A stretch of 64,000 nt of DNA from Phoronis australis (lineage: Eukaryota > Animalia > Phoronida): assembly GCA_002633005.1 (NCBI GenBank), contig NMRA01000274.1:39817-103816 (forward strand), given 5' to 3'. Positions 41,901 through 51,700 of this stretch are shown here, one piece after another (positions within the stretch are counted from its first letter, which is position 1; each line of letters opens with the position of its first letter). The notes under the pieces are model-generated. The model was not told where the DNA came from. It made no database searches and saw only the letters and a program-made list of their open reading frames with translations. Both the position numbers and the translations under genes were made by a program.

Positions 41901-44900
41901 CTATTAAGCATTTGCGGGTAATGCTAGACCAAACAAACACAGAGATAATTCTGACATCACAGACACCCGTACTTGCTTCAGTTCATAGCCATCAATTTCG
42001 TTGTCATTGTTTTCATCAGATAAGTCACACAGTTCACAATAAAAGTGCTCGAATATCTAGGAAAACTTGAACATGTCCTCCATTCTTGTCTAACATCAAT
42101 AAAACACTGCTTATGTCCTCATGGGCTAGATTAGGAGAATTGAGACACTGATCACAATACAGGTGATTCAGTGGTTGAAAACACGATAAGCATTATACAG
42201 TTCATAAGTTAAAGTTGGGGTGAATAAAATAAGTATTTGCCAATACTGACATGGTAAGATGTTTATTTTTCATAACACAAAAACCCCGGGATTTCTACTT
42301 CATAAGGCAGAAATTTTCTTGATTGTCTATTTTCAAGAGCTGCTAAGAGGTCGTTAAAGTATAGGAGATGAGTAATAAAACTTGTCTCAGAACACACTGA
42401 TGTATCTGCGAATGGCATATACAGGAACAACAGCCAAGCCCTCTATACTATTGACAGCAACATGGGTGCAAGTGACGGTCACGTTTCATGTCAACTTCGA
42501 ATGCGTAGAATTAGCTGTGTAAGACTGAACAACAAAATAGCTAAGAATATGAGTAAACAAACTAGTGAAATCCAGTCCACTGATATTCGATTTACAGTCG
42601 TCTCGCAATGACATTTATCTTAAAATTTAGACCACTAATTCTTCAATCAGGTCCACAGCATTCAAACGGTACCAACCATTCAAAGCAACACACTCTGCTT
42701 TGGTAAAAAGGAAAAGTCTGTTGTCGATTTCAAAACAGTCGACTCATGATACGTGTACAAGACAATTTGCTTCGTTTTCTACTATGATACAGGTATCGGG
42801 ACAACTTTAACAATGCAAAAATTTGCTCAGAAATGCAGTTCACAGACCAGCAATAACTTTGCAAGAACGAACAGTTGATTAGAATATTAAAATATTACGC
42901 GGAAAAGTTCCTACATGGCATAAATTAATAAATGAGTATCAAACTCAGTGTAAGCAGCCCCAGGCATTATCTACAACTTAATTCAAGACCTCTGGTATTT
43001 CATGGCCTCATTTAAAAACTATTTGTAAATTTGTGATTCATAAACTTAATAACAAAATTAGTTATGAATTTGAATGTATATGGACATAGAAAAACGAATG
43101 ATGAGTTTCGTTTTCAATGCTTTTACCTTCGCAATACAAATATTAAGTTGAACATCAATACTCACAATTACCGATTTGATGTGTATTTTTAACCGTCCCA
43201 ATAATTTTAATGAATAAGAACTCGCCTGCTCGTCAGCCATATTGGATCCCTATTCTAGGCTCGCGCTAGACTTTTAAGGGTTTTAGCCAAAATGGCTAAA
43301 GCATCTGAAAACTTTAGCCATTTTCAAAAATTATTAGTCAAATACTTCCGCTTTTCCTAACCCCCGCAATTGATAAAAGTACTATTATACGGACCGAATT
43401 CTAGGCTCGTGCTAGACTTTTAAAGGTATTAGCCAAAATAGCTAAAGCATCAGGTCAAACACTTTCTCCCTATTCCCGCGTTACGGCGGGGGTATGCCGG
43501 CCATATGGGCATGATGCTGACCTAAAAAATTGGGTAGGGGTTGCCCTCTATCTTCGGGTTACGGCGTGGGCACGCGAGCCACATGGATATTTCATTGATG
43601 TTGACCCAAAAAATTGAGCAGTGGTTGCCCCTACCACAGGTTATGCATTTCATAGATTTTGTCCTAAAAAATGAGTGGAGACTCCCCAGGTTACGGCGGG
43701 GATACGCCAGCCTCGGGGGCATTTTAATGAACAAGACATTTAGGTCCAAAATCATTAACATAACTTAGCAAAATAAAGCTAAATCGTGTCGAGTAGTGCA
43801 TATAAAATTCATTAAGTAACAAATTGACATTTGCTTTAACGTCGTTTTCTTTCGGCCTCCGCAGAAATAGCCCTGACATTGTCACTAGCAGACGACAAGC
43901 GGCAGCCCCCACACAGTTGAAAATTTTGTTGCAGTAAAGAATGATTTCAGGGGGAGTGACGGACATGAAACGGAATATTTTGTTGCTGTTTTTAGTACTC
44001 ACAATCGAAGTAGGAATGTCGTTTGCGGCGCGACTTGATTTGAGCTGGCAGTGAGTCAACATGTGAATAGGTTTATTGTCAAGTTCCAAAGCATTCGCCA
44101 AGCTGGCGAATGGACTTAGTTCTACCATTGCCAGTGCCGCTCAGAATTCGCCAATGGTGACCTGGCGAGCGGCTAGCGCTAGCCTAGCTATTGGATACCT
44201 TCAATATATCATGGTACATAACGTCAAGTGGCTGATGAGAAAGACAGAGACCACCATCTCCAACGGCCTTATAGACGGTGAATCTCCTATACATGTACCA
44301 TAAGCTGGAGGCTTTAGGGTGAATTATGCCTCACACTGATTAAAACATCAAAGTCACATTGTTATAAGTAGTGTAGTAATAGCCAAGATTACCCGACCCG
44401 GGAATCGAACCAGTGACCCCCATAAAACCGCCGAGCATGCTAACCATTCAGCTAATAGGCAATTGCCTGTAAGCGAGTAGCTAACAGAGGCTTGTAAGAT
44501 TCAGCAGAAGCACATCTACAACATTCCCCCCTTTCCTACGCAACAGGTACGCTACCAGGTGAACAACGGGATGTCTCGCATACAGGTCATCAACGTCCCT
44601 AGCTACCTTTACCACCACAACACAGGTGAATACAAGGTAGTCTCTCATACAGGTCCTCGACTCCAGGAATCTTCTATGCGTGCCTCCCCGACGTCCGTGC
44701 TTCATCGGTAGATCATACATTTGCCGACTACGCCATTTGTAGTAATAGCCGAGATTACCTGACCCGGGAATCGAACCAGCAACCCCCATAAAACCGGCAA
44801 GCCTGCAATTCCCGGTTAGCAAGAAGCTAAAAGAGGCTCATATGATTCACCGGAAGCACATCTACAAGTACAACAGTAGCTTTTGTGCATACCTTTGCGC

Positions 44901-45412
44901 GCAGTGTTACAAAATGTCCAGTTGCTCATTTGGGCAAGTAAACGAAGGACTACTCAAAAAAGTTTGATTATGGGAGAATTTTTTTGAGGTGGAAGGAATA
45001 AAAAACATCAATGACGATCGATGCCGATGGCCTCCTATGGTCAAAGAATAGGTACTTATAAGAACGTGACTTTGATGTATTAATCAGTGAAAGGCATAAT
45101 TCACTGAAAAACCTCAAGCGTATGAAGCGCTTATAGGAGCTTCACCATCTCTAAGGCCAGCAGAGACGGTGGTCACTGTCTACTGATGAGAGTGCCAGTG
45201 ATCCTACGGCTGCAGTGCAGACTGCAGTGCAGTTTCAACTCCCGCCTGTTTCGGCTTCATCCTTCAACTCTCACCCTCTATGACCGCTTCTAATTGACCA
45301 CACTATTCAATAAAACTACCTTCATTAGCTCCAAATCCGTCCACTTGCCCTGTTCGGGCACAGCATAACACAAGTGAACAAAAAGAACAAAAACAAGGCC
45401 CTTGAATCTCAT
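17998..45412 (-). CDS. TMEM87: Transmembrane protein 87 (TMEM87A/B-like, GOLD-domain seven-transmembrane family), ~606 aa, 17 exons
   Basis: Exons in minus-strand order: 45320-45412, 40810-40879, 39211-39314, 34954-35076, 33226-33402, 31761-31844, 30689-30797, 30193-30266, 28099-28219, 27439-27601, 26969-27062, 22827-23013 (or copy 25184-25370), 21541-21602 (or copy 23927-23988), 21009-21115, 19662-19729, 18712-18770, 17998-18123; total 1821 nt in frame. Motifs [93 protein letters not shown]...KFELSKME*. Confidence 0.93.
20471..20871. mobile_element. PIF/Harbinger-type MITE
   Basis: TIRs GGCCCGGTCTCTAATCTTT / AAAGATTGGAGACCGGGCC, CAG TSD, internal AACTCGAA sub-repeats. Confidence 0.8.
22516..22722. 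repeat. ~20-bp minisatellite GGGTGACTGAGAGGTAATAG (copy at ~24873-25079)
   Basis: About 10 imperfect units are visible. Confidence 0.85.
23027..23224. repeat. Degenerate minisatellite rich in CTGGACAGTGTAGT (copy at ~25384-25581)
   Basis: Four to five units next to a TMEM87 acceptor site. Confidence 0.8.
23927..25370 (-). CDS. TMEM87: Duplicate copy of two TMEM87 exons (25184-25370 and 23927-23988)
   Basis: Same coding sequence and intact splice sites as 22827-23013 and 21541-21602, inside the tandem duplication. Confidence 0.6.
32283..32321 (+). ncRNA. Minimal Penelope-type hammerhead motif, degenerate (GAAG for GAAA)
   Basis: ACC-CUGACGA-A-GGGACU..AGGCCC-GAAG-GC-UA-GGU, giving stem I ACC/GGU, stem II and a vestigial stem III. 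Confidence 0.45.
36918..37205. repeat. 141-bp tandem repeat running into the assembly gap
   Basis: Units start at 36918, 37059 and 37200. Confidence 0.9.
37206..38138. other. Scaffold gap (933 N)
   Basis: Run of N. Confidence 1.
39840..40402 (+). mobile_element. Helentron/HINE (DINE-1-like) non-autonomous element; 5' boundary uncertain
   Basis: GGAC/AGAC microsatellite, then hairpin GCATCCACA..TGTGGGTGC and an A-run at 40395-40402. Confidence 0.55.
43256..44186. mobile_element. Non-autonomous DNA transposon with duplicated left end
   Basis: TAGGCTCGCGCTAG at 43256, repeated with ~50 bp of following sequence at 43401. Inverted CTAGCGCTAGCCTA at 44173-44186. Internal TTACGGCG..GCC x3 and TTCGCCA/TGGCGA palindromes. 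Confidence 0.55.
44242..44371 (-). mobile_element. Helitron-like 3' end repeat, copy A (TRIM inserted at its edge)
   Basis: Aligns with 45052-45183 (inverted) and 46056-46190; carries the subterminal hairpin. Confidence 0.6.
44372..44866 (-). mobile_element. Miniature non-autonomous LTR retrotransposon (TRIM) with tRNA-like Pol III cassette in its LTRs
   Basis: Direct repeats 44372-44520 and 44738-44866, both bounded by TGTAG...CTACA. PBS TGGCGTAGTCGGCA (44722-44735), 2 nt from the 5' LTR. PPT GGAAAGGGGGGAA next to the 3' LTR. Flanks AGTAG/AGTAC. B-box GGTTCGATTCC in both LTRs; A-box TAGCTGAATGG in the left LTR. Confidence 0.85.
45052..45183 (+). mobile_element. Helitron-like 3' end repeat, copy B
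   Basis: Hairpin CACCATCTCT..AGAGACGGTG followed ~8 nt later by CTAC|T. Confidence 0.6.
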
Positions 45413-45794
45413 TTTTAACTATTTCCTGCTGATTTGGCCGACTGACAGGAACGCATCATGTGGGTCATTAACAGGACGAGATGTATGACATATCTTAAAT
45501 TTATTGGCACAAAAATGTAAATTTTTACTTTAAAACACAGAATAAAATATTATAAACTGATTGAAATGTTATATATTAGTTAAAATATTAATTTAGATAA
45601 ATTTCTGTGCTCGTCATTGATGATGTGGCTTGACCTGAAGGGGCGCTCGCGTACGTGTCTTGATATGTTTTGTCGGCGGTGAGGCAAGAGAGATGTTGTG
45701 GATGGCTTCAGAGCACTTCAATGTGATTAGTTTAAGACTTTCTAATACTTGCAACTTATTTGCAGTTTCTTTTGTGTAGTAATCCTCAAACACC
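45413..45794. promoter_or_regulatory. Bidirectional promoter region shared by TMEM87 and ERLEC1
   Basis: Divergent start codons are 382 bp apart. A possible ERLEC1 5'-UTR intron starts at GCG|GTGAGG (~45678). Confidence 0.65.
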
Positions 45795-48700
45795 ATGCTA
45801 ACTATGCTCAGGACAACGGCAATACGATGGGCGACTTTCTTAGTTGTCCTGCCAATATTTGATGCTGAATTCAACCCGTTCTCGGATAGTATTCCGTTTG
45901 ACATCAACTGGCCAGGACCCCTGATTGACCAGGTAAATACTGTATCTAGTGCACTGCTGTACTTTCTACCACGAGGTCACATTTTGGTCTTGTAGTCTAA
46001 TAGTTTCTGTGGCTGATTCATTGACCTAGCTATTTTGTCTTGGTCTAGGCTGATGCTAGACAAGTGACCACCATCTCCAGCTGACTAGAGATGGTGTAGC
46101 TCCCATATAGGAGCTTAATACACTGAAAGCTTTTCTGTGAATTATACCTCACACCGGCTAAAACATCAAATTAATGTTGTAATAGATACCGTTTGCGCTT
46201 AGAGAGACACTTGGAAGCCGTCCATCTATTTAATTACTTCCAACTCGAGGAAATACTCCTGTTGTCAAACTTTTTCTTTGAGCAGTCCTCGTTCAGTTCG
46301 CAAATTGGTAACTTGCCATTTTTAAAGGGCACATGCCAGGGAATGTGACGTCATACTACCTGCTGTGTGCAGTGTCCCCTTTAGGATGTTCCCCCCATTT
46401 CATTATTTGGGGTCAGTCTTTCTGGATTTATTCAACAATTTTTGGTATCAGTGTCATATGATACCATTTAGATTCATTTTCTATTAAATATGTTTTCTTT
46501 TTGATTTTCTTTAACTTCTTCAATAGAATTCCACAATACGTTCCTAAGATCAAAAATTTGCAATTTTATCTGTTCCCTCAGTTACACCTGTTAAAAAGGA
46601 GACAACATCTTTTATTTTTCCCAAATCTTTGTGAAACTATTCACAGCTAAAATCACTTAGGCAAGATTATCTCTCAAAAAGTTTCTTAAGCTTCTTATTT
46701 TGTTAATCTAAAAATTGCAAACAATTTGTTTATTGAAATGTCTCCGTTGGTACATGTAAAATACTGCAGAATCATCCTAATCAGTTAATAACCCACTGAT
46801 TTTAAAAATAAATGACCCAACTATGTTGATTTGAAAGTTATTTCCTTAAAATTCAAGGACTAAAACTTTTGTGAATTAGGTGTGAATTGTTTACCACTGT
46901 TCATCACCTCATGAGATCGTGGTTTTATCAATCCTTGCCAAGGCAGTCCTGGATTGGGTACATCGGGGATTGGGACGTAAAGCTTTTAACAGTGTGACGT
47001 ACCACTTTCCTAAGGTTTATCGTTGTGTGCTTAAAATACTCTGATTGCTTTGGGTATGTGTGCAACATGTACAACTGAAAAATCTGCTTCATCATGTTCG
47101 GCAAGCATTAAATTCTTCCTGTTTGGGTCATTTCCTTGCATACAAAAATTCCGTTGCCAGCTTTATTGTTCTTACGGCATTGTGTGTGACATAATTTTGG
47201 AAAATTGAATGAGAAAATACTCTGATTGATGTCATGGTACTAATAGAGTGTGAGAGAGGCATTCTGTATGGGTAGTTTCGTACTTTCCTAGAAACCTTAA
47301 TGGCCACGTAAACTCAAATAATCATGTGTTTCGCCGGCTATTTTCCCGACTCCCATCACTGAAAACTCTTCCTGTCTACAATATTACGTAACCTCGATGA
47401 AAAACCCACATACTTGATCGTGTAAATTTTGTCTCTGTAGTACATTATTTTGCAACTGTAGCGAGTGCATTGTAAAGTGGGCATTTGACATTTCAGGGGT
47501 CACTTACAAGTCACACAATCATTCCCATGATGACTCAAAATCATGAAAAGTACCAGTGCCTTTTGCCAATTAACTACATGGATGAGATGCCCAAAGCTAA
47601 GGTGAGTTTGCCAGTTCCTTCTTGATGACCGGATATCCGCTTCGTTAGGCCAATGAGACTACATCCCACACATGCGAGACATTTTATTAAAACCAAAGAC
47701 CGAAAAACCAATATCTAGAAAAAAAAAACAAATTCCAAATTTCTAAAATATTTTGGGATTGAAACTCTACTTATGCTTTCCAAAACCGTAGACGTTGAAG
47801 TGAATTTTGTTTGCGTATATAGAATGGAAAAAACAGGACAATTGACACTCAGCTTACTACATGCATAAATGTGAGGTATTGCCCATTGTGCCTCTAAATG
47901 GAACACAGGTGCATGTACCTACCCATGCAACACTTAAGCAAAAAATTGAATACTTTGATAAACGCACTAATTTATTTCTGCATCAGTTATAGGCACAGGC
48001 GCCTATAGGCGTGCATTCATGCTATTGGTCAATAATGTTGAACAAGGAAGTCATATCTTGTCATGGATGTATTTCCAACATTGACAAGGCCAACCTTTTT
48101 GGTAGTTATGTTACCCATTTCGGCAGGATGGAAATATATGAAATAATAAATATTTAGAAATTGGATGCTTCACGAATACCTTGGTGTGACTTGTGGTTTT
48201 AATGTAAGTTTGACACACTTTGTAAGACCATCTGCTATCTAGGTCATGACCTTTGACTGAGCGATTACTGCAGTAGTTGGTGGCAAGTAACTTCTGTTGC
48301 TATGCGTGGTATGTGTTGCAGTTACATTGGTTTATCAACATTTCCTGTGGTTCTTTACAGGAAGACATTAGTAATTACCAGGGCCCAAGCGAAGAAGAAC
48401 TTCTTCAGCCTCTGTTTCAGCAGAAGAGCTGCTCTTACAGGGTAAGTACGCTAATGTCTTGCCAATTTTGGATGGAAATGATTATAAAACTCGACCTTTT
48501 AATTTGTCAAAGCTTGCGGTATTGAGCTAACATCATTGTTACTAAGAGGTACAGAGTTATCCCTTATACTTCTCTTTCTGAATTCACCAATCAGGTGTTA
48601 CAGGTCAAAGTTCATTGAATGGGAAAATTGGTTTTGAGCTAGTCTTATCAAATTAATACGGGCGATTGTCATTCCACTTGACATTTTTTGTTAAACTTTA

Positions 48701-51700
48701 GGGCCATTTTTTATTCATGAGGTCAGCTGACTTAAAGGAGAATGCCACCGGATTTAATTACAAATAGTCTTTTTTGCCATCTTAATCGGTCTATATCCAT
48801 ATCGCCTCGAATATGGTCGACCTTACCTTGCCAAGAGGTGTCGCGTTAACCTGTGAGGAAGGTGAGAAACGATGCTAGTGACGTCAGTGGTTCATCTGCA
48901 GAGTGAATGCCGCTATGTTGCGGTGCATCGTTCCCGCTTGTCCGAACTATGCAGTTGCGAGGAAAGCGGTTATATCGTTTCTTTTTTCGACTTCCTCGAG
49001 AGTCCGAAATGTTTAGAAAGTAGCTCGTGGTAGTGAAGAATGAAATGTACGCTGTAAATAGCAAGTATGAGGCCGTGAAACATCTCCGTGTCTGTGGCCT
49101 GCAGACGTCGACAGTGCATGACGAATGCCGGCTTACCAAATAACTATCCATACGTTTCGTTGTCTGAGCTTGTTCACGGCGCCTCTTCATCACTGTATTC
49201 CTGTTCGAATTGATATCCTGTGAAACTTAACGATCCACCTGCGAAGTCTTCGTCGGGTTTGACTGATGAGCTCTCGTCTAAGTCACACGGGATTGCCGTT
49301 GCCATGTTGAAGTTTGTTACTGAGTGTTCTGTTTCAAAATGAATTATTCTCACCCTAACCAATGCTTATATAAAACTTAAAACAAAGTCTGCCTCATTAG
49401 ATGCAATTTGTAATGCCTTTGGAGTGTTCGTGAGTGCAAATGATTTGAGAAGCCAGCAGTGAATAAATCACTGCGTTACCGGCTTTAGGTGCAATAAAAC
49501 TGATTGATGGGACACCGAGGCCGTGTGAGCTCATGCTAATTTAAGTGTTTGCTGGCAAAAACTGTTGTGAAACAACTCAGTCGATTTCCATCCCACGGCC
49601 TGGTGTTAAGGGAGTCTTTATTTACATTTACATTATTAAATAATGATTGTCGATGTTCAATTTCTGCCCTGACGGTCTGCTGTGGCCAACGCGAGTCGTG
49701 GCCCCCGACGAGTAAGTAGATTTGCAGTTTCGTGGCTAATTCACCAACATAATCACATGCACATTACTTTGGGTCACTAGTATAGTATTTTCTTGACTGG
49801 AAGTTTAGTTTCCAACTTTCGCTGGTTTATGTTCGTGATGTCTGATCAGTTTCCGAGCCACTGGCCAGCGGGATAATGAGTCGCTGCGACGGGCCTGGTC
49901 GGGCTCTGAGCCACTGGACAGGATAACAAGTGTTTTGTGTGTTTAGAACTCAAAAAATCACAAGTCTAAACAACACAGATCTTGGTTCTCCTATCTGTAT
50001 CTCACGGAAAATACTTCGAATTTATCTCGGAACAGACCCCAAACTCTTGCTACGAATTGGCCTGCTGAACTTTGTAGGCTACGGTGTGTCCAAATACCAG
50101 TAAATCTGTAACATCGAAATAAAACAACACGTTTTTATAAGAACTCGGTCCATTTTTAAGGGTTTTACATCGAAGTTTGATGATTTATTGGTGTTAAACG
50201 ATGAATTCAAGGGATAAGCTGACACCAGTAACCCGTGTTGTGAACTGCTGGACAGACTGCGTGTGAAACCAATTATGTCATTGGATAATTTCAACACCTC
50301 CGTCTGCTGTCAGGTGTCAGGTAATGCAACCATACTTGGCGTTATGGAGTAGCTACTCGATCTAAATTGATACAAATTAGGTTGTTTTTTGGGTGGCATG
50401 CTCCTTTAAACTTTTGCTGAATTTGAAATTTTCAATTGACTTTTGATCACTTTGTGTAGGCATTGTACTTGTTAAACTGCTTAATAGTCAAATTATCCTG
50501 TCTTAATTTTTAAGACTCGGAGAGAACTTAATAATATGGGTGTAACAGGGGCCATTTGTCAATTAACTTGTCAACGTTTTTTTTATAAATGTCAAGAAAC
50601 TGCTTTCAAAGTTGATGTAAACGGTAGACATCATGAAGTGTCATAATACTGTCTCAAAGGATTTCATTGGACTAGGCGAGCAGATTTTCTAGGTCACATG
50701 GCACCAAGTTCAAGATTGGTTTTTGGGCTCGACATTTCAAACTGCAACGTCTGATTGGAATAATTGAAAACACTGGAAAAATTTTCAGATTTTGAAGTCA
50801 ATGTGTCCTTAATGTTACTGTGAATTCTGCTTGTGCTCAGCTGTCATTGCAAAGAATTCCTGGTCATTTTGTCTGAATGTTTTCAGCGTGTACTGTTCCT
50901 ATATATGTCTTGAGTGATTTTGAAGATTTCGGAACTTCTCTCATTGTTCTTGTACAAGTACCATACGCTTGTACAACTTGTACAAAGCATCTTGGATATA
51001 ATGACTTGTTCCTTGTTTTCAGATTGACAAATACTGGTCTTATGAACTTTGTCATGCACGGCACATTCGGCAATATCATGAAAGAAAAGAAGCACACAAA
51101 GTAGGTCTCAAACAAAACTATTTGGTGTGGCTCTGCAGTAGAATATTTGAAGACAATCCATGGGTTATTCATTATTACAAGTTCTGTATGTCTTTCTGTT
51201 CAAATTTCTGAGTTAAGTCTTAAGTCACTTTTCCTGAAGCAGACCCCAGGGTTGAGTGAGCAGACGTAAGAATCTTTTGAAGGAAACTAGTGTGATGCGT
51301 GCTTCTCTTGTAATACATGGTGATGTCTCGCTAAGACTCGCTGTATCTTGCATTTTTGTGAGGTTCTCATGTCTATTGAATGTACGCCATGCCTCTTGGT
51401 CATTGAAGATGTCAGTTTGTGTTTGAAAATCATTAGAAAAGTTATAAATCACAGTGAATTTACAGCAGACTTATGGATTTGACTGTATAATTTTTGTCAT
51501 GTTATTAACTGTCAGTTTTCTTTTTTAGCCACTAGTCATAACAGAGTTTTATTTAGGAAAAGCACAAGGTGTGTATGTGTCTTTTGTATTTTCTCATCTT
51601 TGTCTTACAAAATTCTTAAGTAATTGCCATGTTTTCTTTTAAAATTTTTTGCCCCCTTTCCTTTCAACCAGACGTTTGCCTTCTGCAATTAAAGTTTCAT

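Noticed and set aside
44395-44455. tRNA gene
   Set aside because: It has A/B boxes but no cloverleaf, and it is part of an LTR.
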